A DNA stretch of 37,240 nt, from positions 1 through 37,240 of the IMG/VR virus record IMGVR_UViG_3300044843_000038, one strand, 5' to 3'. This stretch comes from a virus (taxonomy: Duplodnaviria > Caudoviricetes). The position numbers were made by a program, and so were the translations under genes. Shown piece after piece: positions 1 to 8,506 of the stretch (positions within the stretch are counted from its first letter, which is position 1; each line of letters begins with the position of its first letter). The notes below the pieces were generated by a model. The model was not told where the DNA came from and ran no database searches. It was given only the letters and a program-made list of their open reading frames with translations.

Positions 1-127
1 CCAAGCAGAGACTTAACCTTGCCGCCCTTTGCGCTACCTGTTTGCTGCGCTGCATCGTCTGCCGCTTGTTGCGCCTGCTGCGCTGCTTGTTGAGCCAACT
101 GAGCGTCAGTCTTAGCCCAATCGTAGT
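1..127. repeat. Terminal direct repeat (copy 1), identical to 37114..37240; circular assembly overlap
   Basis: Exact 127-nt identity with the window end; an ORF reads through the junction in frame; 127 is a common assembler k-mer. Confidence 0.95.
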
Positions 128-1427
128 TAGCGATAAGACCTGAGCGGTTAAACGGCCCAGGCTGAAACTGTTGTACCTGAGATACGTTTGCAGGAACACC
201 AAACTCTAGGGTCATAGGGCGCAGGTTTGTGTACCCCGCTGCGCCAGATTGAAACTGGAATGGAACTTCAGGTGTTGGCGTTGTCTTGTAGAAGAAACCA
301 GTAGTAGGGGCAGCAAGGCTTGTCTGTCCACCGCCCGTAGCAAACGGCACAAAGTTAGTCGCAGGAAGATTGTAGGCAGGCGGCAAGAAATCTTCTGGCC
401 TAAAAGTTGGTGTCGTTGGTGTCGTTGGCGTTGTTGGTGTTGTTGTCGGTACTGAACCAAGCCCCAACGTAATCGCGCCCTGTACGTCCGTCTCAGGAAC
501 ACCCATTGCTCGCAGCATATCTGCTGTGACTTTGTTCTGGTTGTACCAATCAACCTTTTGTTGACCCGTAAAGGTAGACCAACCAGAAGGAAGCGTCATA
601 CCCGTTGGAAGCTGCCAAGATGGAGCAGGAGCGGTAGTTGTGCCGAGGCCTAGTTGTTTTGCGTAATCAATATCTGCTTGCGGAACCTTGTAGTCCTTAA
701 GGGTCTGCTCAGTAATCTTTTTGGCGTTAAACCAGTTAACCTTATCTTGTGCGGTGTAATAAGGCCATTCAGCAGGCAGCCCTAAACCTAACTGCGCCGC
801 CATCAGCGTTACAGCGTCTTGTGATGCGTCTCTTGGTTGCTCAACGATTGTCGTTGTTGGCGCAGTTACCGTAGGGGTAGGAGTTGGAGTTGGTGTTGGA
901 GTTGGAGTTGGTGTTGGAGTTGGTGTTGGTGTTGGAGTTGGGGCTGGAATACCAAGCAGATCGAAGTTAGCCTGTGTTGCGTTAGTTGGGTCTAACTCAG
1001 TAATCCTGGCCTTTATTTGATCTGGCGTAATACCTGCGGAAAGTAATGACTGAATGTATCCCTGCTTCGTTGCAAGGCTCGCACCAGAGTTCCAAGATAA
1101 ACCAAATACGTTGTAGGTCGGAGCGGTGGGAGGAGGCGTGTATACGGGTTGTGTATACACGGGCTCTTGGTAAACAGGCTCTTGATAAACAGGTTCTTGG
1201 TAAACGGGCTCCTGATATACGGGTTCTGGCTGTGTGTAGACAGGTTCTTGTTGCACAGGCTGCGGAGGGCTGAATCCATTAGACAGCATCCAGGTAATGT
1301 CTGACTGTGGAACCCCAGCGCCTACAAGTTCCTCGATAGTCGTTCCTGCCGCATTAAAGGCAGCGATCTTCTGCGAAGGTGTATAGCTGGCCCAGGCTGA
1401 GGTATAGACTGCTGATGGAATAGCCAT
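1..1427 (-). CDS. 5' part of a 526-aa Pro/Thr-rich repeat protein directly downstream of portal; continues across the origin to 36960
   Basis: Manual translation from ATG at 1427 (MAIPSAVYTSAWASY...) is open to position 1 and joins the 36960..37211 ORF; starts 3 nt after the portal stop; missed by the ORF track. Confidence 0.88.
   Translation of the reverse strand, partial: MAIPSAVYTSAWASYTPSQKIAAFNAAGTTIEELVGAGVPQSDITWMLSNGFSPPQPVQQEPVYTQPEPVYQEPVYQEPVYQEPVYQEPVYTQPVYTPPPTAPTYNVFGLSWNSGASLATKQGYIQSLLSAGITPDQIKARITELDPTNATQANFDLLGIPAPTPTPTPTPTPTPTPTPTPTPTPTVTAPTTTIVEQPRDASQDAVTLMAAQLGLGLPAEWPYYTAQDKVNWFNAKKITEQTLKDYKVPQADIDYAKQLGLGTTTAPAPSWQLPTGMTLPSGWSTFTGQQKVDWYNQNKVTADMLRAMGVPETDVQGAITLGLGSVPTTTPTTPTTPTTPTFRPEDFLPPAYNLPATNFVPFATGGGQTSLAAPTTGFFYKTTPTPEVPFQFQSGAAGYTNLRPMTLEFGVPANVSQVQQFQPGPFNRSGLIANYDWAKTDAQLAQQAAQQAQQAADDAAQQTGSAKGGKVKSLL
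871..945 (-). repeat. CCAACW hexamer tandem array encoding a (Pro-Thr)n linker
   Basis: About 12 copies of (a/t)gttgg on the + strand. Confidence 0.9.
1140..1256 (-). repeat. 15-bp degenerate tandem repeat encoding (Q/P)EPVY pentapeptides
   Basis: Translation QEPVYTQPEPVYQEPVYQEPVYQEPVYQEPVYTQPVY. Confidence 0.9.
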
Positions 1428-1430
1428 GAT

Positions 1431-3398
1431 TTACCCTGGTATCTCGATGTTGGAAGTAATACCCGCGCCGACCTTCATAGCCTTCATCTGAGCCTCGGCC
1501 TCGAACTCCATCTTCTTAAGCTCTAACTCTGCTATGGCCTTTTCTCTTGCAAGCTGAATGTCTGCCATTGCTTTCTGACGCTTGATCTCGATGTCTGCTT
1601 GAGCCTGCGCCATCATCATCTGAACCGCAGGATCTGGACCTTGTTGTTGAGGTTGTGCAAGGGCTTGATCGACCTCTTGCGTGACAGGCTTGAAGAACTC
1701 AGCAGAATCCGCAAACCCTGCCGCTTCAACCAGTTTTCCGAGCGTTGCGCGATATTGCGAGAGCGACACTAAAGGATTGTTTGGTCCCAGCATCTGGAGC
1801 ATTTGCTCTTGTTTTGAGAGAACCATTGAGAGCATCGCCATTTTTTGCTCGATGTTGCCTGTCCCAAGACCCACATTCACTGAGACATCGTATTGGTTCG
1901 ACCACTCTCTCGGATCGTACTGGACGTACTGCCCACGCATCCGAAGGATGACTGCCTTGTCCTGGTACTTGCATAAGAGGTGTAAGAGTCCTTTGAATAA
2001 GTCTTTTACACCCGTCTCCGCAAAAACACGAGCGATAAGTTCGATCTTGCCTTGTGACGCTTGCGTGAGCGCAGCAATAGCCGCAGCAGTCACGTTCTGT
2101 AGGATGTTGGGGTCTAAGCCCTGGGAAGCCTCTGTAAGGCCCGTTCTCTTGGCTTGTACCTGATCTAGGTATTCAAGAAGCGGAAAGGCTTGCTGGCCTA
2201 CAGGAGGTGTTTGTATGGGAACCAAAGCACCAGGATTCTTGAGCCTGATAACACCACCAGGTGTAACGCTTAAGAGGTCATCCAGGTTGACCTGACCTTC
2301 CACAGCACCCATGCGGGTATTGTTTTGAAGGTACATATTGTCCAGCATCTGCCTCGTTACAGTAGTCTTGATAAGCTGGAGATCAACTGTACGATCAGCA
2401 GGGCAATCCCCATAAAACCTATGAGGGATCGGAATAGGACAGATAGAGTAAAACGGCACATAGTCGGTTTCTTCATTCGCAAGTATCTCGTTTCCAGATA
2501 CATAGATTTGCCTTAACTCAGCAATCCCATCTCCGTCATAGTCTGTCTTTAGGTAGCACTCAAACACCTCAACCGTCTGCATACTCTTATCGAGACTAGG
2601 CTCCATGAAGGGCTGCTCGTCTCGGTTGTATCGAGCAATGTACTCAGCAGAGAACTCAAGGTCGTTGTAGACCGGCAGGTTCATGATGATCTCGGCATCG
2701 AACCCCATCGCTATTAAGTCAGACCTCGTAATGAGTTTCCTGTGCGCGACGAATGGCGTATCCCTAACGGTCTTGCCTGCCTTAGAGATCAAGAACTCCT
2801 CTGGAGGCACGTTCTCGACCTTGACCTTGCCTGCCTTAGTCTTTCTCATCAGAGCAACGTTATGGACACGCATGACTTGCCCGTCCATCTCTTGCTCTAT
2901 CGTCTCTTGACCTGCGATCTCCATCGTCCCATCAGACAGAAGCATCGCAAGTTCATCGTCGGTCAGGTTCGCGTACTGCTCCTTCGTAACCGAAATGGAG
3001 TCATCCCAATAAGCCTTGACGATCCCAACTTTCTGAAGGATCGCGTCCTTAAACCAATCGTGCATGATGCCAATACCTGGGTTCTGTTTCATCAGCACCC
3101 AGTTGCAGTATTCGGTAGCCTGCTCTGCTAATGGCTCATCGCCTGGTCCTACAGGCTCGAACACACCGATCTGATCCGCAGAGGTAAAGAGACGCATAAG
3201 AGGAGGCAGCATCCCGTCTACAGCCTCTGCGACCTCACCGGTGACAATCTGAGACCTGCCCTCGACCTCGTTGCCGTAGGGGTCTCTCATATACGCGGTA
3301 AGCGCGTTCTTGCGTTGCTCGACGGTCTCTGTCTCTAAGAAACCAATGGCGTTGTCGATCTCGCCTTGTAGGATTGCTTTTAGCCGACCATCATCCAT
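1431..3398 (-). CDS. Portal protein (P22/SU10-like podovirus type)
   Basis: 655 aa directly after TerL; GRSQIV, ENVPPEEFLI, PIPIPHRFYG and VNVGLG motifs; coiled-coil C-terminus. Confidence 0.92.
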   Translation of the reverse strand: MDDGRLKAILQGEIDNAIGFLETETVEQRKNALTAYMRDPYGNEVEGRSQIVTGEVAEAVDGMLPPLMRLFTSADQIGVFEPVGPGDEPLAEQATEYCNWVLMKQNPGIGIMHDWFKDAILQKVGIVKAYWDDSISVTKEQYANLTDDELAMLLSDGTMEIAGQETIEQEMDGQVMRVHNVALMRKTKAGKVKVENVPPEEFLISKAGKTVRDTPFVAHRKLITRSDLIAMGFDAEIIMNLPVYNDLEFSAEYIARYNRDEQPFMEPSLDKSMQTVEVFECYLKTDYDGDGIAELRQIYVSGNEILANEETDYVPFYSICPIPIPHRFYGDCPADRTVDLQLIKTTVTRQMLDNMYLQNNTRMGAVEGQVNLDDLLSVTPGGVIRLKNPGALVPIQTPPVGQQAFPLLEYLDQVQAKRTGLTEASQGLDPNILQNVTAAAIAALTQASQGKIELIARVFAETGVKDLFKGLLHLLCKYQDKAVILRMRGQYVQYDPREWSNQYDVSVNVGLGTGNIEQKMAMLSMVLSKQEQMLQMLGPNNPLVSLSQYRATLGKLVEAAGFADSAEFFKPVTQEVDQALAQPQQQGPDPAVQMMMAQAQADIEIKRQKAMADIQLAREKAIAELELKKMEFEAEAQMKAMKVGAGITSNIEIPG

Positions 3399-4655
3399 TT
3401 AGACCACCCAAGATACGTTAGGTTTCAGAGGCTTGGACCAACTTGTTGTCTCATTCATCCCGACCGCTAAATACCGAAATGCGTCTGCTGCGTGAGATGC
3501 CCAATCGTGAAGAGGCTTATCCCAGTAGACTTGACGCTTATCATCGTATTGTCTCCGATAATTGCGTAGCGCGTCCACACCGCGCTTAGTCTTAGGGTCG
3601 AACCAACAGTAAGGAATAAGCCTTCTCACGGCCTGTATCCCATCGTCCACGCCCATCCTTGGGACTATCGTGATGTTTAGCCCTGCCTCTTGTAGAAGTT
3701 CGAGCCTTGATCTACCTGAGCCTAATTCCCGTACTTGTACGTCATGCGGAAGTAACTGCTCTGCAAGCTCGTAGTTGTTTGTCCTGAGCCAGTTCACATA
3801 CCAATCCAAGCCTTGCCCGTGGTTCTCAACGAAGTCGATAAGCCTTGTCTCTAAACCTACCCTCTGACATACCCAAATAGCAGTGGAGTCGCCTATCCCT
3901 AGATCCCATGCGCAATAAGTCTTGGCTATACCGTCCCTTGGGATCTCTCCGAATCGCTCAGACGGTAACTCATTAAGAAGCTGTCCGTAGTACGCACCTT
4001 CGATAGCTGAGTCAAAGGAACACTCAAACTCTTGTAGGTACTTGTCATCTCCCATCTCTGATCGAGCGGCATCGAGTTCAGATTGAGGGATAAGACCTGT
4101 TTCTGACGCTCTGAACTCAAGCATGGCCCAATCGTGATGCTCTGCTGCATGGTCTCTCAAGGTCTTGAAGTGATTTGCGCCTTTTGGGGTTCCAAGGAAT
4201 AAGGCCCATCCCATCCTATCCGACAAGGCTGGACGAACCACCTCCGACCAGATACGCGGGTCTTGATCGCCAAATTCGTCGAATACAACGCCATCGAAAT
4301 ACTGTCCTCGCAGAGAGTCTGGGTTATCAGATCCTGCAAGCTGAATCCTTCTGCCCCAGAAATCAACCCGTAGCTCCGCAATATTCGCAGTGGCGTTGAG
4401 GGGTTGGGTAAACTTGAGGAGGTAATCCCAGATAACTCGTTTGGTTTGAGAGTAGGTAGGCCCAATGTAAGCATATCGGGGAGCCTCGCGGTTATTTTGT
4501 ACCGCCTCGCGTATAAGGTGATTAACCGCGGAGACCGACTTTCCTAATCTTCTGTGAGCCACTACAACAGCAAAACGCTTCTCTCCTAACGCTTCATGAA
4601 TCCTTAGCTGCTGAGGCCTTGGCGCATAAGGAATAATTATTCTGGTTGCGCCCAT
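3399..4655 (-). CDS. terL: Terminase large subunit
   Basis: Walker A-like AHRRLGKS, Walker B GVVFDE, GTPKG coupling motif, nuclease WDLG..D and HAADAFRY. Confidence 0.96.
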   Translation of the reverse strand: MGATRIIIPYAPRPQQLRIHEALGEKRFAVVVAHRRLGKSVSAVNHLIREAVQNNREAPRYAYIGPTYSQTKRVIWDYLLKFTQPLNATANIAELRVDFWGRRIQLAGSDNPDSLRGQYFDGVVFDEFGDQDPRIWSEVVRPALSDRMGWALFLGTPKGANHFKTLRDHAAEHHDWAMLEFRASETGLIPQSELDAARSEMGDDKYLQEFECSFDSAIEGAYYGQLLNELPSERFGEIPRDGIAKTYCAWDLGIGDSTAIWVCQRVGLETRLIDFVENHGQGLDWYVNWLRTNNYELAEQLLPHDVQVRELGSGRSRLELLQEAGLNITIVPRMGVDDGIQAVRRLIPYCWFDPKTKRGVDALRNYRRQYDDKRQVYWDKPLHDWASHAADAFRYLAVGMNETTSWSKPLKPNVSWVV

Positions 4656-4972
4656 GAGATCTGCATTGCAACTGGTTGGCCATTCTCACCTGTTATCTCG
4701 TGCTTAACGCTCTCATGCCATTTAGCCCTTGTCTTTAGCCAAAAGATCATCGCCGTGGTATTTCCTGACATGGCTTGTTGATAAAGGCTTTTCGCTACCG
4801 CGGCATTAGCATCCACGCGACCGTCATCAAGCTCCCTCTTGTAATACTTGACAAGCGTATCCGCGCTTAGGTCTACCTTTGCGGCAATATCCTCGTGACG
4901 AACGCCAACCGCGGCCAGCCCTCTGACTAGCTTTCTGTTCTCATCCGTTGGTTCATGCAACACGCCCTGCAT
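4637..4972 (-). CDS. terS: Terminase small subunit
   Basis: N-terminal HTH, AMIFWLKTRAKW motif, overlaps TerL start. Confidence 0.85.
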   Translation of the reverse strand: MQGVLHEPTDENRKLVRGLAAVGVRHEDIAAKVDLSADTLVKYYKRELDDGRVDANAAVAKSLYQQAMSGNTTAMIFWLKTRAKWHESVKHEITGENGQPVAMQISWAQPE

Positions 4973-4989
4973 ATTTTTAACTCCGAAAG

Positions 4990-6147
4990 TTAGTGCTCAC
5001 TAACTAATTCTGCCTTCTTGCCGGTGAATTCTTCCCATCGCTTGACGATGACATCGCAGTATTTTGGGTCTAGTTCCATCGTAAAGTTTATGCGACCCAG
5101 TTTTTCGCAAGTAATTAAAGTTGAACCTGATCCACCAAAAAAATCAAGTATGAGTCGCGGTTGTTTTTTTGCGTGTCTGTCTGCATATCCTATAGCCCAT
5201 TCTATGACCTCAATAGGCTTTTGAGTTGCGTGATGTTTTTCTTCTTGATTTGCCTTAGCCCTTGCATATTCTTTGATTCTCATCGCATTATTAAAAGAAG
5301 TCCACGCCATTTCACCGTCAGCTAAAGAAAATCCTCTTTGACCTTTGTCCCAAACAAGCCATCCCATAGTCGGAGGCAACAAATCCGAAAAATAATTCCC
5401 GCCCCAAATAATCCTATCTTTGCACTGCAATTCAGCTAAATCAAAAAATTCTTTCGGAGGTCTTTCTTCATCCCAGCCTCCAGAATGCTGTTTCCATCCA
5501 AACTTTTCCGACCCTAGTTTCATAGATCCTCCATAGCCTATGCCATAAGGAGGATCGGTATGAATCAAATCTATAGTCGCGCCATTTAATAACTTATCAA
5601 CCGCATCCACGCTCGTACTATCGCCGCACATCAATCGGTGCTTGCCTAGTATCCAGATGTCTCCGGGCTTTGTAATAGGCTCCTCTGGAGTCTCAGGAAC
5701 AGCATCCTCGTCCGTCAATCCCTCCGTTGGCTCGAGCGCATTTAAGAGACCGTCTAGCTCCTCTACAGAGAACCCAAGCATCTCGAGGTCAACGTCCTCT
5801 GCTTTTAGCTCGATCAACTCTAGCTTAAGTAAGTCGTTATCCCACCCTGCGTTTAGCGCAAGCCTGTTATCAGCAAGTACATACGCCTTACGTTGAGTGT
5901 CGCTTAAATGAGACAGTCTGATAACAGGAACTTCTGCTAACCCTAGCTTTCTCGCCGCGGCAAGCCTTCCGTGGCCAGCAATGATTGAGTAATCGTCAGA
6001 AATGAGGATTGGATTGTTAAACCCAAACTCTTTTATGGAAGCCGCAATCTGCGAGACCTGCGCTTCGTCATGTGTTCTTGCGTTCCTTGCGTAAGGAATG
6101 AGCTTTTCTATCAAAACTTTTTCTACTTGACTCACCGTATTCTCCAT
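4990..6147 (-). CDS. ParB-like N-terminal domain fused to N6A/N4C DNA methyltransferase (beta order)
   Basis: LIPYARNARTH...IIAGHGRL...ADNRL ParB/Srx motif; DPPY precedes DFFGGSGST; HATQKP. Confidence 0.92.
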   Translation of the reverse strand: MENTVSQVEKVLIEKLIPYARNARTHDEAQVSQIAASIKEFGFNNPILISDDYSIIAGHGRLAAARKLGLAEVPVIRLSHLSDTQRKAYVLADNRLALNAGWDNDLLKLELIELKAEDVDLEMLGFSVEELDGLLNALEPTEGLTDEDAVPETPEEPITKPGDIWILGKHRLMCGDSTSVDAVDKLLNGATIDLIHTDPPYGIGYGGSMKLGSEKFGWKQHSGGWDEERPPKEFFDLAELQCKDRIIWGGNYFSDLLPPTMGWLVWDKGQRGFSLADGEMAWTSFNNAMRIKEYARAKANQEEKHHATQKPIEVIEWAIGYADRHAKKQPRLILDFFGGSGSTLITCEKLGRINFTMELDPKYCDVIVKRWEEFTGKKAELVSEH

Positions 6148-6153
6148 TGGAGG

Positions 6154-6453
6154 TCATCGGTTTTTGTTCCTCGCCGAGATAGCCTTAGCCTTTGCCTTAG
6201 CATCAGCCTTGGAACTTGCGCCCCATGCCTTTAGGCTCAGGAGCAGTCTAGTAGGGCTTCCATCAGGCTTTCTCTCTGGGCCTGGCATGTTACCCATTCG
6301 CGCAAGAAAAGACGCTCTACGCGGGTTATCGCCTGACTTAACAGGAGCCTTTAGATCTGAGCCAGGATTCTCACGCTCGTAAGACTTCCGGCCTTTCTCG
6401 TTGAGACCACCTTTGGCGTTCTTGCCTTCCTTACGAGTCCAGGCGGCAGTCAT
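6154..6453 (-). CDS. Small basic phage protein (DUF6321-like)
   Basis: 99 aa, Lys/Arg-rich, KGGLN..GRKSY and RRASFLARM motifs; ATGA overlap with upstream gene. Confidence 0.75.
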   Translation of the reverse strand: MTAAWTRKEGKNAKGGLNEKGRKSYERENPGSDLKAPVKSGDNPRRASFLARMGNMPGPERKPDGSPTRLLLSLKAWGASSKADAKAKAKAISARNKNR

Positions 6454-6605
6454 TTTTTAGCCGTTTTAGCTGATTCTTTGAAAGCCTTAGCAGTTGGCGC
6501 ACCAGGACTACCAGGCTTACGCATCTTCTCTGGAGTCTTTCCCGCAGCCTTTTGCTTGGCTATGCGTTCACGCTTGGCGTGGATATTTGCGTATAAGCCT
6601 TTCAT
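6450..6605 (-). CDS. 51-aa Lys-rich protein (MKGLYANIHAKRERIAKQ...SAKTAKK)
   Basis: Manual translation; ATGA overlaps at both ends; below ORF-track cutoff. Confidence 0.85.
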   Translation of the reverse strand: MKGLYANIHAKRERIAKQKAAGKTPEKMRKPGSPGAPTAKAFKESAKTAKK

Positions 6606-6757
6606 TTCTTCTTGACCTTAGCTTCAGAAAGCGCAATCGCGAGGGCTTGCTTAGGGTTAGTCACGGTCGGACCTTTCTTGCTTCCAGAGTGCAACTTACC
6701 TTTGTTGTACTCAGTCATCACCTTGGAGATCTTCTTCTCCGCTTTCGTTTTCTTCAC
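6602..6757 (-). CDS. Small basic protein (DUF6496-like)
   Basis: KVMTEYNKGKLHSGSKKGP...KQALAIALSEA; GTG start at 6757 with GGAG upstream. Confidence 0.8.
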   Translation of the reverse strand: MKKTKAEKKISKVMTEYNKGKLHSGSKKGPTVTNPKQALAIALSEAKVKKK

Positions 6758-7094
6758 TTTTCCACTCCATACAAGATTTCTCAGGCGCACACATGAAGTT
6801 CCACTCGTGGCAGTAGCCGACACCTTCAGGTAGACAATCCTTCATCTCCATGTCGAAATATCCACAATTACCGCAGCGCCTCTCTTGAGCCTGGCTTGCA
6901 GAGATACGCCACTTTGCACCGAGATCGCGCCAGAACTGAGTGTCGCCCTCTCGTTCAGGACCGTACATACCCTCTTCCCTGGCGATCTGCTTGTTTTCCT
7001 CGTTGAGCTTCTCGTCTTGTGTCGGCAGTGGACACTCGTTTTCTTCTTCGTCCTTGATGACGATCATGACTTTAGGTGAGAGTAAGCCCTTCAT
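6711..7094 (-). CDS. Acidic Cys-rich protein, HiPIP-like Cys pattern
   Basis: RCGNCGYF...C...GYC...C...SCMEW. Confidence 0.7.
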   Translation of the reverse strand: MKGLLSPKVMIVIKDEEENECPLPTQDEKLNEENKQIAREEGMYGPEREGDTQFWRDLGAKWRISASQAQERRCGNCGYFDMEMKDCLPEGVGYCHEWNFMCAPEKSCMEWKSEENESGEEDLQGDD

Positions 7095-7168
7095 TTCTTG
7101 ACCTTTTTGGGTTGTAGAGGGATACCTACTTTTCGGTCGTATCGAATAGGAACCGGAGGAACCTTCAT
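7091..7168 (-). CDS. 25-aa basic micro-protein MKVPPVPIRYDRKVGIPLQPKKVKK
   Basis: Fills the gap exactly, with ATGA overlaps to both neighbours. Confidence 0.7.
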   Translation of the reverse strand: MKVPPVPIRYDRKVGIPLQPKKVKK

Positions 7169-7857
7169 TCGGTAGGGAGATGGTAGTGCCTTGCTATCCC
7201 TGGTTCGTTTTTCCACATCCATCGTGAAGCCTCCATGAGGTTTTTACGGTCATCCTTGCCGACTGTTTGAGAGCCAGCGTGATGAACGTAAGCCCTTGAT
7301 ACGAAATGCCTAAAGTCTAATACCGTAAGTGTATGACAAAACACATTATCTGAGAACCAATTTATCGGAGGGAACCTAACCGCTTGAAAAGCCTCCTTTG
7401 ATACGTAGGCAAAGATAGGCGCAATAACCGAGGCTTCCCTGATCGTCTCTTCCTCTGCCCATTTCATCCCGTTTCTTGGGCCAGACTCATACCTGATGTT
7501 CTGGGTATCCAGAATAAAGTCAGACCTGCAACCAATAACACCCAATTTATGCCCTGCGTCCTTAAGATGCTGGACATCTTCACAAAGCAATCTATACGAG
7601 TCAGGAGTCAGGCATATATCGTCGTTGGCTATGATGACTTCATCGTAATGCTGGAAGGCATCGTCCATGATCCTGTTGTATGCGTCACCGAAATTACTCT
7701 GCGAGTTGAGTAGCCACCTGAAAACTCGTGGGTCCATTGTCTCGGACCTACTCGACAGATAAACAGGCGCTTCTTTGGCGTATAGACCGATGCTCGACAG
7801 CGCGATTTCAAGGCTTGGCGATCCTGTTGTGCAGATGAGAATCGGTAACTTTTTCAT
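7165..7857 (-). CDS. Glycosyltransferase, GT-A fold (family 2-like)
   Basis: NFGDAYN, IIANDD (DxD-type), FSDN, VHHAGSQT motifs; ATG 7857 with GGAGGAG RBS. Confidence 0.85.
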   Translation of the reverse strand: MKKLPILICTTGSPSLEIALSSIGLYAKEAPVYLSSRSETMDPRVFRWLLNSQSNFGDAYNRIMDDAFQHYDEVIIANDDICLTPDSYRLLCEDVQHLKDAGHKLGVIGCRSDFILDTQNIRYESGPRNGMKWAEEETIREASVIAPIFAYVSKEAFQAVRFPPINWFSDNVFCHTLTVLDFRHFVSRAYVHHAGSQTVGKDDRKNLMEASRWMWKNEPGIARHYHLPTE

Positions 7858-8506
7858 ACTCCTCCATTCTGTGATGTGCAACCACCTGAAAATATTCGTT
7901 GTTCATGAGCGACTTATTGCAAACATTAACTTCTAAACCATGCTCTGACGCGACAATCGGGAATGAGAGTTGGTCTTGTAAGCTCCACTTCATCATCTCT
8001 TCCCACCATGCTTGGTTGGCTCTAGGATTGATGTAGGACAGCTTCCAACAGATAACCCCACCTGCGATAAGACCGCCGTTCTCAGGCCATCCTAAGTCCC
8101 TGTAGTGCTCAACCTGAGCCAAGATGGGTTGATCCCTGTACTTAAGCATGTCATGGCACTCTTGGGCTTCTTCGTAGATACAAGTCCTCCAAGGGTGCTG
8201 GAACGCTGCCATCGTATCTCCGGCCTGCTCGACCATGTACTCCACAAACTTAGCGCTCGTAATCCGTATGGAACCGTCCACCCAGATCACATAGTCCTCG
8301 TCAAACTCTAGTTTGTCAGGAAATACCTTGTACCACTTAGCTTCCATCCTGGGATCAGAGAACCGTCTCGTGGTTACGATCTGCTTCCAGCCCTGATGAG
8401 GTTTAGCCTCATCAACAATCGCGTAGAAGTTCGTAGGCACGGACTGCCTGACCGCGTAGTGCAGCGGGTCGTAACTCCCGAAAATAGATGTGTAGACAGC
8501 TATCAC
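7808..8506 (-). CDS. Glycosyltransferase (DUF616/TOD1-MUCI70-like)
   Basis: VYTSIFGSYD, IWVDGSI, FQHPWRTCIYEEA, DQLSF motifs; likely GTG start at 8506. Confidence 0.82.
   Translation of the reverse strand: MIAVYTSIFGSYDPLHYAVRQSVPTNFYAIVDEAKPHQGWKQIVTTRRFSDPRMEAKWYKVFPDKLEFDEDYVIWVDGSIRITSAKFVEYMVEQAGDTMAAFQHPWRTCIYEEAQECHDMLKYRDQPILAQVEHYRDLGWPENGGLIAGGVICWKLSYINPRANQAWWEEMMKWSLQDQLSFPIVASEHGLEVNVCNKSLMNNEYFQVVAHHRMEEYEKVTDSHLHNRIAKP

Noticed and set aside
1-127. Biological terminal repeat of the virion DNA
   Set aside because: Length equals a common assembler k-mer and it falls mid-gene; best explained as circular overlap
871-1256. CRISPR array or iterons
   Set aside because: Repeats are 6- and 15-bp coding units with third-position variation and no spacers
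8391-8412. Hammerhead ribozyme core CTGATGAG
   Set aside because: Lies antisense within a coding gene and lacks a properly placed GAAA and flanking stems
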